Assembly: GCA_963720545.1 (NCBI GenBank)
Contig: OY970399.1
Location: 1,216,001-1,280,000, forward strand
Reading direction: 5' to 3'
Source: an uncultured Acidobacteriota bacterium
Lineage (GTDB): Bacteria > Acidobacteriota > Vicinamibacteria > Fen-336
Length of the DNA: 64,000 bases
The notes beneath the pieces are model-generated. The model made no database searches. It had not been told where the DNA came from and saw nothing but the letters and a program-made list of their open reading frames with translations. Of the stretch, positions 49,248 through 58,232 are shown in pieces (within the stretch, counting starts at the first letter, position 1; every line of letters begins with the position of its first letter). The translations under genes and the position numbers were made by a program.

Positions 49248-49603
49248 GCCGGGCGCTTGGCCAGGAGGTCGCGGATCTCGCGCAGCAATACCTCGCTCGG
49301 CGGTGGCGGTGTCGCTGCGGCCAGCCGGGCGGCAAACTTCCCGAATGGAAGCACGACGAGGAAGTAGACGGCTCCCGCCTTGATGAGGAAGTTTATGACG
49401 GCGTTCATGAAGTTGCCGATGCCGAGGGGTCCGAGTTTCAGCGTCGAGAAATCGGGCTGGCCGCCGAGCGACGCGATCACCGGCGAGATGATGTCTTTCG
49501 ACAACGAATCGACGATGCCGCCGAAGGCAACGCCGATGATGACCGCGACGGCCAGCTCGACCACGTTGCCACGCATGAGGAAGTCACGAAAACCCTTGAC
49601 CAT
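49244..49603 (-). CDS. mscL: Large-conductance mechanosensitive channel
   Basis: FRDFLMRGNVVELAVAVIIG, INFLI, LLREIRDLL. Confidence 0.96.
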   Translation of the reverse strand: MVKGFRDFLMRGNVVELAVAVIIGVAFGGIVDSLSKDIISPVIASLGGQPDFSTLKLGPLGIGNFMNAVINFLIKAGAVYFLVVLPFGKFAARLAAATPPPPSEVLLREIRDLLAKRPA

Positions 49604-49787
49604 TTGCCGCCTCCCTGTGTTTCGAGCTTAACCGCCCGCGAGCCGGTCGTATCCGCCTGTCCCGCGGCGCCGGACTGCGCGCCCGACCGACCCGCCTGCT
49701 TCGCGCCCTACCTTGTCGCTGCCGCCCTCAGGGCTTGGCGGCGCGGCACGGAGCGCCGTGTCCCGACGCCCGCGTCGCTGCAGCCCG

Positions 49788-51714
49788 TCAGGGTTTGGCG
49801 GCGCGTTCGGTCTTCTGTTTCTCCACCATCGCGGCGACATCGGCCAGCAGCTGCTTCGCGTCGTAGACGATGCCGTCCTTGATGGTGTACTTGATGCCGC
49901 CGACGCGCTCGGGCTTGCCGCGTCTGGTCGTTCAGCCGCACGCGCGCCGTTGCCGTAGAGCACCTTGAAGTTCTGCAGCGGGTTCTGATCGACGATCACC
50001 ATGTCGGCCAGCATGCCCGGCGCGGACGACGCCGAACTCGATCGGCTTGCCCTTCGGCTCGGACAGCGTCATCGCGCCGTTCATCGTCGCCGCCTGGATG
50101 ACCTCGAGCGGATGGAAGCCCGCTTCCTGCAGCATCTCGAGCTCGTTGATGTAGCCGAAGCCGTAGGTCTGGTAGATGAAGCCCGAGTCCGAGCCGGTCG
50201 TGACGCGGCCGCCCATCTTCTTGTAGTCGTTCATGAGCTTGAACCACACCTGGTAGAAGTTGCGCCACGCGACCTCGTCTTCGGTGGTCCAGTCGTACCA
50301 GTAGGCGCCGTGGTTGGTGCGGCTCGGCGTGTAGAAGTCGCATCAGCGACGGCAGCGTGTACTTGTCGTGCCAGTCGGCGTCGCGGAAGCGCATGACGTC
50401 GCGACCGGCGGAGTAGATGGTGAGCGTCGGATCGAAGGTGGTGCCGAGCTTGCAGGTGCTCTTCGAGGTACGCCTTCCACTCCGGGCTGCCGGGCTCGTG
50501 GATCTTGTCCCAGAGCCGCGCCACCTGGCCGAAGCGATGCTGCTCGTCGTTGAGGTTCGTGTCGACCGGCCAGGGCTGGACCACGTAGTCCTTCAGCAGC
50601 GACTCGAAGTGGCCGTAGAAGTGCGTGACGGTGCCGAGGCCGAGGCGCGCGGCCTTGATGGCGTTCATCTGCGCGACGCCGCCCTGGCTGAGGTGCGCGG
50701 TCGAGCCGAGGTTGTGCTTCTTCGCTTCGTCGAGCAGCGCCGCCATGATCTCGGGACGGTCGGCGCCGAGCTTCAGGCCGTCGACGCCGTTCTGCGCGGC
50801 CCAGTGCACCCACTCGCGCGCCTGCTTCGGGCGTGTCGACCGACCCCTGACTCCAGCCGGTGCCGGGCCGCTGGTAGTTGAAGATGCGCGGCGCGACGAT
50901 CTCGTTCGTGCCGCTGCGCGCCTTTTCGCTGACGGTGAACGCGTTGCTCGCCGAGCGGCACGCCGCGCACCGTGGTGACGCCGTGCGCCAGCCACAGCTT
51001 GTAGGCGTATTCGGCGTCGGCGTTCTTCGGCGCGCCGCCGGCGTGCACGTGCAGGTCGACGAAGCCCGGCATCACGTACATGCCGGTGGCGTCGATCTCA
51101 TGCTCGGCGTTCTTCGGCTCGCGGTCGGCCTTCATCGGGATGCCGGGCGTGCCCGCCGACTTGATCTCCGTGATGCGGTCGTTCTCGACGACGATGTCGA
51201 CCGGGCCGCCCGGAGGCGCGCCGGTGCCGTCGATGAGCATTGCGCCGCGGATGACGAGGGTCTTGTAGGGACCGAGGCCTTCGCCCGCCTTGCGCGGCGG
51301 CGCGGGCGTGGGGTCGGGATCCTCTTCGCTCGCAGCCGGGCTCGCGGCCGGCGAGGGCGTGGCGCCGGGCTTCGCCTTCGCGCCGGCCTTCGACTGCGCC
51401 TTCGCGTCGGCCTTGGATTTGGGCTCGGCGTCGGCCTTGGCCTTGGCTTCATCAAGCTTCGCCTTGGCTTCATCAGCCTTCGCTTTGGCGGCTTCAGCCT
51501 TCGCCTTGGCTTCATCAGCCTTCTCCTTGGCGGCTTCAGCCTTCGCCTTGGCTGCTTCAGCCTTCGCTTTGGCATCGGCACTCGCAGAGGGATTGGCTTG
51601 TGCCGTAAGCGGTGCGGCCGCCCGAGCCACCGTCGATGCGGTTTGTGCCGCAATCACCGGCCCGATCGCCAGTGCGCAAAGGCCCGCAACGCCGGCGCGA
51701 AGAAGGTGCTTCAT
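49788..51714 (-). pseudogene. Secreted amidohydrolase-family protein with Ala/Lys-rich N-terminal repeat and multiple frameshifts
   Basis: LIDGTGAP, MPGFVDLHVH, HGVTTVR; HFYGHFE; TGSDSG..ELEMLQEAG; ADMVIVDQNPL; TIKDGIVYD..KP*, spread over several frames. Confidence 0.82.
51425..51580 (-). repeat. Coding 21-bp tandem repeat (heptads KAKAEAA/KAKADEA)
   Basis: About 7 imperfect copies of GGCTTCAGCCTTCGCCTTGGC-like units. Confidence 0.85.
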
Positions 51715-51787
51715 TCCAGGTCCCCCAAGGAAAAATGCCTAAGTCAGTTGCGCATGCGGATTCTAAAGCGTGTTAGCGTCCAAACCG

Positions 51788-52351
51788 ATGGACGCACTCG
51801 AAGTTCCTTTCGTCCTCGTCGCGTCGCCCGTAATGAACGACCCGAACTTCGCCCGCACCGTCGTGCTCGTCGGCCACTTCGACAGCGACGGCGCGCTGGG
51901 CTGGATCGTCAATCGCGTCCTCGATGTGCGCCCCGCCGACATCCTGCCGGTGCACCTCGCCGAAGCCGTCGACTCGAACACCCCGATTCGTTTCGGCGGC
52001 CCCGTAGAAACCTCGTCGCTGACGGTGCTGGTGCGCGTCGACGCTCCTGACGATCTCTCGACTCGCGTCGCCCCTGGCTTACGCAGTTCCCTCGACCCGA
52101 CCGTGCTCAAGCAATGTTTCTCCGCCTCCTCGCCCACAGACGGCCCATCGAAGGGCCTGATGGTCGTCGGCTACTCAGGCTGGAGCGCCGGCCAGCTCGA
52201 CTTCGAACTGACCGAGGGCTTCTGGTTCCTGCTGCCCTTCAGCCACGACCTGGCGTTCCCGTCCGATCCCGAAACAGTCTGGCAGCGCGCCATCAGCGCT
52301 GTCGGCGTCCGCCCCGACAGCGCCGTCATGCGCTCTGGCGGGGTGCATTAA
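51788..52351 (+). CDS. YqgE/AlgH (UPF0301) family protein
   Basis: DPNFARTVVL, GALGWIVNR, FGGPV, GYSGWSAGQL. Confidence 0.9.
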   Translation: MDALEVPFVLVASPVMNDPNFARTVVLVGHFDSDGALGWIVNRVLDVRPADILPVHLAEAVDSNTPIRFGGPVETSSLTVLVRVDAPDDLSTRVAPGLRSSLDPTVLKQCFSASSPTDGPSKGLMVVGYSGWSAGQLDFELTEGFWFLLPFSHDLAFPSDPETVWQRAISAVGVRPDSAVMRSGGVH

Positions 52352-52484
52352 ACCTCGAAGCGTCCACTCCGTCCCTACCGCTTCGAGGTTGATCCGTTCC
52401 TTCGTCCGTTCCGTTTGTCCGTTCTCCAGGCTGCGATCCGTTCCGATCTCCTGTGTCCGTCCCCAGGCGGCTTCCGTTCCGTTC
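52351..52484 (-). repeat. 12-bp hairpin plus nine ACGGA motifs between convergent genes
   Basis: AACCTCGAAGCG (52351-62) pairs with CGCTTCGAGGTT (52379-90); TCCGT at 52368, 52393, 52405, 52410, 52418, 52437, 52456, 52473, 52478. Confidence 0.8.
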
Positions 52485-53805
52485 ATCCTTCCCTGCTTCG
52501 GTACTTCCCCATCGCCTTCGTCCCGTAGTCGGCCTCCGCCAGGTACGCGTTGTGCGTCCGGCACATCAGTCGAATGTTGTCGATCGAGTTGGCACCGCCC
52601 ATCGCGAACGGATGCCGGTGGTGAAACTCGAGTTGCTCTCGCGCGCGGCACCGCACGCCGTTACGGTTGACGAACCGGCACTGGCCGCCATCCCGCGCAT
52701 GCACAGCCCGCCGCACAGCCGCAGGAATGTGCCGCGACCGCTGTGGCCCATCCACACTCACCGCTGCGAAATGTGGCTGTGGCGGCCGACCGCCATCGTG
52801 TCGTGCCGGACTCATCACTGTCTGGGCGGTCGGCTTCCGCCTGCTCGTACCGAAGCGCCGCGCCTCGATGCGCTGCAGCTTCTCGCTCACCGCCGCATCG
52901 ATGATCGACGCCAGATCGATGCCCGGCATAAGCGCTTGAATCCGTTCCAGCTTGGCTCGCAACCCTTCGTCGGCGGTGAACTGCACCTTGAAGCGTCCCG
53001 GCGACAGCGCCTGCACCGAAGCAGAACGAGCATTGAACGAGCGCGCCTCGTCCCGAGTGGGTGAAGCAGCGTCCGTGCCTTCACCAGCGACCGCCAACGG
53101 AGCGCTTGCGGCCGCGGAATCAGCCCCGTGGGCGGCGATTGCCGCTGAGCGCGCAGCATCGGATTGAGTCTTGTTGGGACCGGTTGCACCAACGCCCATG
53201 CCACGAACTCCGCCTGGACACAGTTCGTCTGAGTCGTCCACCCTCGTTGTCATCGTCATGAACGGCAGAGCGCCGAGCATCGAGGCGCCGTCGCCATTCG
53301 CGTCCTCCAGATAGCCGCTTCCGATGTCGCGCGCTGCGGTCGCCGCTGCACGCAGCGCAGGCGCCGGGAGCCTGCGAACCGTGGGCAGCACGTCCGGCTG
53401 GGGTGCGATCTCGGCGACCAGCGCCGCCAACTGCCCCTTCGACCGGTTCGACGCGCGCTGCAGCAGCCACACTGCGTTCTGCTTGTTCAGATGAGGAGCA
53501 AGCTTCGCGACAGCAGTGAGATGCAGGCGACCATTGGCCAGCATCTCGAGAATTGCCGGATACCGGCGCGACGCACGCGCCGCGCGAATCCGCAGGAATG
53601 CCTCTGCTTCCGACAGATGCAACACGTCGCGGCACCAAGCAAACATCGACGGCGCTGACTCGCGGGCATAGAGCTTGCGCTTGTCCATCTCGGCAATGAG
53701 GGCCACCAAGTCGGACAAGTGGCTACGCGCTGCGGTGTTGAGGTCGATGAGCCGGCGCAACAGTTCGTCGTCCGGAAGAAGTTGAAGAAGAGACGCGCTC
53801 GCCAT
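52483..53805 (-). CDS. HNH endonuclease with N-terminal helical DUF222-like domain
   Basis: N-term SMFAWCRDVLHLSEAEAFLRIRAAR..GRLHLTAV; C-term RHIPAAVRRAVHARDGGQC..RC..LEFHHRHPFAMGG..NIRLMCRTHN. Confidence 0.88.
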   Translation of the reverse strand: MASASLLQLLPDDELLRRLIDLNTAARSHLSDLVALIAEMDKRKLYARESAPSMFAWCRDVLHLSEAEAFLRIRAARASRRYPAILEMLANGRLHLTAVAKLAPHLNKQNAVWLLQRASNRSKGQLAALVAEIAPQPDVLPTVRRLPAPALRAAATAARDIGSGYLEDANGDGASMLGALPFMTMTTRVDDSDELCPGGVRGMGVGATGPNKTQSDAARSAAIAAHGADSAAASAPLAVAGEGTDAASPTRDEARSFNARSASVQALSPGRFKVQFTADEGLRAKLERIQALMPGIDLASIIDAAVSEKLQRIEARRFGTSRRKPTAQTVMSPARHDGGRPPQPHFAAVSVDGPQRSRHIPAAVRRAVHARDGGQCRFVNRNGVRCRAREQLEFHHRHPFAMGGANSIDNIRLMCRTHNAYLAEADYGTKAMGKYRSREG

Positions 53806-53876
53806 ACAAGAAGATACGTCGCGCGGCGGTCATGGCAGGTCCATTTGCGATCTCGAATCGCACCATCTAAGAACCA

Positions 53877-53906
53877 ACTGCGTCCGGACGCAGTCCACCA
53901 GTTCTG
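53877..53906. repeat. Palindromic dispersed repeat copy 2, upstream of the HNH gene
   Basis: ACTGCGTCCGGACGCAGT palindrome plus CCACCAGTTCTG; 29 of 30 identical to 20489-20518. Confidence 0.85.
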
Positions 53907-54007
53907 ACGAACAACGGCATCAATCGTGATGGACGCGGTGGCCGCCTGCGGCGACGACGCGTTCTTCGCGCCAGCGCGAGCGTTGGAAGCGCTCAGAACT
54001 TCAAGAG

Positions 54008-54604
54008 TCAGCGTTTCTGGAAGACCGAGGCGTACAAGCCCTGCTGGCCGGTCCAGTTCTGGGCAGTGTCGACGAGGTCGAATCCCGACGCCAGCATGTC
54101 CGCCTGCAACTCGGCCGCCGACGGCTTGAAGTCGACGATCAGCACGCGCCCGCCCTTCCGCACCGCGGCGCTCAGGCTGCCGCGCATGACGCTCGAGTTC
54201 TGGAACGAGCTGTAGACGATGCGCAGCAGGGCCGCGTCGCAGCAGCCTGGCGGCAAGCCCATGTCGTCCTGGCTGCCCTTCACGACAATGACGTTGCGCA
54301 ACCCGCCATGCCCCACCAGCACGCGCAGCCCGGCCACCAGCTCGCGCCGCACTTCGGTCGCGTAGACGCGGCCCGATGCGCCCACAGCGCGCGCGAGGCC
54401 GATGGTCCACAAGCCACTGCCTGCGCCGACGTCGGCAACCACGGCGCCGTCCTGCACGCCGAGCCGGTCGAGGATGCGCGACAACTCGGCGCGCTCGGAC
54501 AGCGAAAGCCCCTGCTGCGCACGAGCGGGTGCCGCCGCAACGAGCGCCACGCCAGCTGCCAGCGCAAGCACGACCGCCGCGCGCAGGAAGCCGCTACGAA
54601 ACAT
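54008..54604 (-). CDS. Class I SAM-dependent methyltransferase with signal-peptide-like N-terminus
   Basis: VADVGAGSG, GRVYATEV, GGRVLIVDF. Confidence 0.85.
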   Translation of the reverse strand: MFRSGFLRAAVVLALAAGVALVAAAPARAQQGLSLSERAELSRILDRLGVQDGAVVADVGAGSGLWTIGLARAVGASGRVYATEVRRELVAGLRVLVGHGGLRNVIVVKGSQDDMGLPPGCCDAALLRIVYSSFQNSSVMRGSLSAAVRKGGRVLIVDFKPSAAELQADMLASGFDLVDTAQNWTGQQGLYASVFQKR

Positions 54605-55259
54605 CCTTCAAGCGCGCCTTCACGCTCGGCGACACCTCCGTACCCCCTGCCAGCTGAGGATCGGAGATCGGCGCCGACATCGCGAGCCGGATGGGCACGA
54701 CGCCGGCCCACACCGGCAGCGCGTAGTCTTCCTTCTCGTCGATGGGATCGCCCTTGCGTATCTTCGCCGACACTTCCTCGAGCGGCAGCGACAGCACCGA
54801 CGTCGCCTTCAACTCCAGGGCCGAGGGTTCGCGCGCCTCGTCCCAGCGCCCCTTCAGCATGTGCTCGCTGAACGCGAGCAACGCGTCCCACTTCTCCTTC
54901 GGGTCCGTGACGAGCCGCGCCTCGCCCAGCATCACCACCGAGCGGTAATTCATCGACGAGTTGTAGACCGAGCGTGCCAGCACCAGGCCGTCGAGGATGG
55001 TTACGGTGACGCATACCGGGATGCCGCCCTGGACCGCGCGCAGCATGCGGCTCGCCGCTGACCCATGGATCATCACGGTGTCGTCGATGCGCGCGAAGCC
55101 CGTAGGGATGACGTATGGCTGGCCCTCGATGTTGAAGCCCACGTGGCAGATGAGCGCCTCGTCGAGGATCGGGTAGACCTCGGCACGGTCGAACTTGCCG
55201 CGCTCGGGATGGCGCTTCAAGGTGGTCCGTCCGGTCCTGTCGAAGAGATCGGTGCTCAT
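54594..55259 (-). CDS. Pyridoxamine 5'-phosphate oxidase-like flavin-binding protein
   Basis: ILDEALICHVGF, PYVIPT, IHGSAASRM, LDGLVLARS, SMNYRSVV, WAGVVP. Confidence 0.9.
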   Translation of the reverse strand: MSTDLFDRTGRTTLKRHPERGKFDRAEVYPILDEALICHVGFNIEGQPYVIPTGFARIDDTVMIHGSAASRMLRAVQGGIPVCVTVTILDGLVLARSVYNSSMNYRSVVMLGEARLVTDPKEKWDALLAFSEHMLKGRWDEAREPSALELKATSVLSLPLEEVSAKIRKGDPIDEKEDYALPVWAGVVPIRLAMSAPISDPQLAGGTEVSPSVKARLKDVS

Positions 55260-55412
55260 TCAAGCCTCCGCCTGGTGCGTGCGGCCCCATCTTCGCAAGG
55301 ATCCGCGGCAGCCGCCAAGGTCCATTGCCACAAACGCGCGGGGAGCCACTGCCCGACCGCCTCGGCCTGGCCCAGGAGGGCCTCGCGCTGCTGCAAGCTG
55401 GCGGCGCGCGTC

Positions 55413-56348
55413 CTAGCTGCCTGCTCTCCCCATCGCTTCGCGAATGGCGTCGGCGACCGCCGCCTGCGTCGGTGCGTTCACGAACTGCCTGATCACGATG
55501 CCGCGCCCATCGACCACGAAAATCGTCGGAAAGACACTCACCGATCCGTACGCCTCCTGCATGGCTTCGCTCAGGTGCGCCTGCCGATAGGTCGCGCCGA
55601 CCTTGGCGCGATATGCGCTGCGCACCGAGTCGTCGTACGGCAGCTCGAGGACGCGGTCGGCGTTCACGCCGACCACCTGCAGGCCCTGCGCGCCGAACTC
55701 CTTGTCGAGCGCCACGACGATCGGCGAGGTGCGCAGGCACGGCGGGCAATTGGTGAACCAGAAATAGAGCAGCTGCGGCTTGCCGGCGAGCGCTGCCGAT
55801 GACAGCTTCGCGCCGTCCCACGATTCGATCTCGAACGCGGGCGCCTCCCGCCCCTCGAAGCCGGTGATGGTTCGCTCCAGGCTCTTGCCGAACTGCGGGC
55901 TCGCAAGGATCGCCTCGACGTCGACGCGCCTGATCTCGCCGCTCGCCACATCGCGCTCGAGGAACTTCGGCAGGCGCGGATCGCTCTCCATGATGCGCAG
56001 CATCAATTCGGTCTCGCCGGGAATCTCGAAATGAAACTGCTCGCCAACCTCCTTCAGGCTCGGCGGCTTGCCCGCGGCCTTCTGGTACTGCGCCGCATAG
56101 AGGGGGATCTTGAAGAACGTGTTGAACAAACGGTTGAGGGCGGCGCGCTGCGGAGCCGAGGTGAAGACGTTGTTGTATAGGTCGGAGACGACGACCGGTT
56201 TCCCCGCCACGACGTGCGCCTGCAGATACGCGACCACCTCCGCCTCCGCGGAGCGCGCGGGCGGCGCTGCGGCCGCACTTGCCTGGGCGAGGGCCGGCAG
56301 GGCGAAGCTAACGACAAAGCTGAGGGCGAAGGAGGGCAGGACGCGCAT
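55413..56348 (-). CDS. Exported TlpA-like thiol-disulfide oxidoreductase with extra N-terminal domain
   Basis: Signal peptide; APAF, FWFTNCPPC, FPTIFVVDGRG. Confidence 0.82.
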   Translation of the reverse strand: MRVLPSFALSFVVSFALPALAQASAAAAPPARSAEAEVVAYLQAHVVAGKPVVVSDLYNNVFTSAPQRAALNRLFNTFFKIPLYAAQYQKAAGKPPSLKEVGEQFHFEIPGETELMLRIMESDPRLPKFLERDVASGEIRRVDVEAILASPQFGKSLERTITGFEGREAPAFEIESWDGAKLSSAALAGKPQLLYFWFTNCPPCLRTSPIVVALDKEFGAQGLQVVGVNADRVLELPYDDSVRSAYRAKVGATYRQAHLSEAMQEAYGSVSVFPTIFVVDGRGIVIRQFVNAPTQAAVADAIREAMGRAGS

Positions 56349-56380
56349 ATCTCCATCGTAAACGTAAACTGTGGGCACTC

Positions 56381-57313
56381 GTGGGCGACAAGCCGCAGTA
56401 CCTCATCGACACCGACACGGCCTCCGATGATGCGGTCGCACTCATCATCGCGCTGCGCGAGAACGCCATCGAAGTTCGTGCCATCACCGTCGTGTGCGGC
56501 AACGTGCCGCTGCCGATGGGCGTGCAGAACGCCCTCTACGTCGTCGAACTCTGCGGCAGTGTCGTGCCGGTGTATGCGGGCGCCGCGCAGCCGCTGCGGC
56601 GGCCGCTGGAGACGGCGCAGTTTGTGCACGGGCAGGACGGCATGGGCGACATCGGCCTGCCGCTTAGCGGCCGCCGGCCCGCGGCAGAGAACGCCGTCGA
56701 CGCCATCCTGCGCGTGAGCCGCGAGGCCGCCGGCGCGCTGCACCTCGTCACGCTGGGGCCGCTCACCAACATCGCGCTGGCGCTCGAGGAAGACCGCAGC
56801 CTCGCGGAGCGCGTGGCGAGCTGCGTGATCATGGGCGGCGCCAGCGACTCGGTGGGCAACGTGACGCCTGTCTCCGAATACAACCTCTGGGTCGATCCCG
56901 ACGCCGCGGCGATCGTGTTCGATTCGGGCATGCCGCTGACGATGGTCGGCTGGGACGTCTCGCGCAAGTACGCCGTCATCGCTCCCGACGAGGCGGCCGA
57001 CCTTCGCGCGATCGGCACCCCCGCGGCTCATGTCGCGGTCGACATACAGCGTCACGTCGACCAGCATGCGCGCCGCACCGGCCTTGCCGGCTTCGACCTG
57101 CCCGATCCCATCGCCATGGCGGTCGCCCTGTACCCCGAGGTCGCCACCGCCATCGAGCGCCACCGCGTCGAGATCGAGACCGGCGACGGCCTGTGCCGCG
57201 GCCAGTCGATCGTCGACCATTACTCGGTCCTCGGGCGCCCGGCGAACGCGGATGTCGTGGTGGAGGCATCGCACGACGCGTTCGTGCGCCGCCTGCGCCA
57301 GGCGCTTCAATGA
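56381..57313 (+). CDS. Nucleoside hydrolase (IU-NH family)
   Basis: IDTDTASDD, GNV, VHGQDGMGD, LGPLTNIA, MGG, EYN..DPDAA. Confidence 0.93.
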   Translation: MGDKPQYLIDTDTASDDAVALIIALRENAIEVRAITVVCGNVPLPMGVQNALYVVELCGSVVPVYAGAAQPLRRPLETAQFVHGQDGMGDIGLPLSGRRPAAENAVDAILRVSREAAGALHLVTLGPLTNIALALEEDRSLAERVASCVIMGGASDSVGNVTPVSEYNLWVDPDAAAIVFDSGMPLTMVGWDVSRKYAVIAPDEAADLRAIGTPAAHVAVDIQRHVDQHARRTGLAGFDLPDPIAMAVALYPEVATAIERHRVEIETGDGLCRGQSIVDHYSVLGRPANADVVVEASHDAFVRRLRQALQ

Positions 57314-57329
57314 CGATGACGCGGCGGAG

Positions 57330-58232
57330 ATGATCATCGTCGCCGGCAGCCTGAACGTGGACTACGTGGTCCGCGTGCCGCGGCAGCCGCTGCCGGGCGA
57401 GACGCTGCTGGGCGGCGACTACGCTCGTTACACCGGCGGCAAGGGCGCCAATCAGGCGGTGGCCGCGGCGCGCGCCGGCGGCGCCGGCACGGTGCGGATG
57501 GCGGGCTGTGTTGGCAGCGACGACGACGGCGCCGCGCTGCGGCGCGCGCTCGAACAGGACGGCATCGACGCGACGGCGGTGCGCCAGGTCGCCGGGCCGT
57601 CGGGAGCAGCATTCATCACCGTCGACGATGCCGGCCAGAACGCGATCGTGGTGGCGCCGGGGGCGAACGGCCGCTTCGAACCGTCGCATCTCGAAGGACC
57701 TTCGTTCGCGGGAACCCGCGTGGTGGTGCTGCAGCTCGAGGTGCCGCAAGCAACCGTGCTCGCGGCAGCAAGACTCGGCCGCGGCAGCGGCGCCGCCGTA
57801 GTACTGAACGCCGCGCCCATGCGCGAGCTGACGGCGAACGACCTCGCCGATGTCTCGGTGCTGGTCGTGAACGAGCACGAAGCGGGGCTGATCGCCGGTC
57901 GTCCCGCGCCGCGCACCGCCGACGAAGCGCAGGCCGCAGCGGCGCTATTAAGAGAGCGCGTGGGCACTGTCGTCATCACTCTTGGCGAACACGGCGCCGT
58001 GTGGTGCGACGACGACCTCGCATTTCACACTCCGGCTTTTCCGGTTCGCGCGGTGGACACCACCGGCGCGGGCGACGCCTTCGTCGGCGCGCTCGCGGTC
58101 GCGATTGCCGAAAATCGCCCCGCCCGGGAAGCGATGCGCTTCGCCTGCGCCGCGGGCGCGCTGGCCGCCACGAAGCCGGGCGCCCAAAGCTCGATGCCGA
58201 CCCGCGCCGAACTGCAGGCGCTGCTCGGCTAG
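57330..58232 (+). CDS. rbsK: Ribokinase
   Basis: GSLNVD, PGETL, GGKGANQAVA, NEHEA, DTTGAGDAF. Confidence 0.93.
   Translation: MIIVAGSLNVDYVVRVPRQPLPGETLLGGDYARYTGGKGANQAVAAARAGGAGTVRMAGCVGSDDDGAALRRALEQDGIDATAVRQVAGPSGAAFITVDDAGQNAIVVAPGANGRFEPSHLEGPSFAGTRVVVLQLEVPQATVLAAARLGRGSGAAVVLNAAPMRELTANDLADVSVLVVNEHEAGLIAGRPAPRTADEAQAAAALLRERVGTVVITLGEHGAVWCDDDLAFHTPAFPVRAVDTTGAGDAFVGALAVAIAENRPAREAMRFACAAGALAATKPGAQSSMPTRAELQALLG

Noticed and set aside
52351..52484. CRISPR array next to a nuclease
   Set aside because: Repeats are only 5-8 bp with irregular spacing and there are no cas genes; kept only as an ncRNA or repeat candidate.
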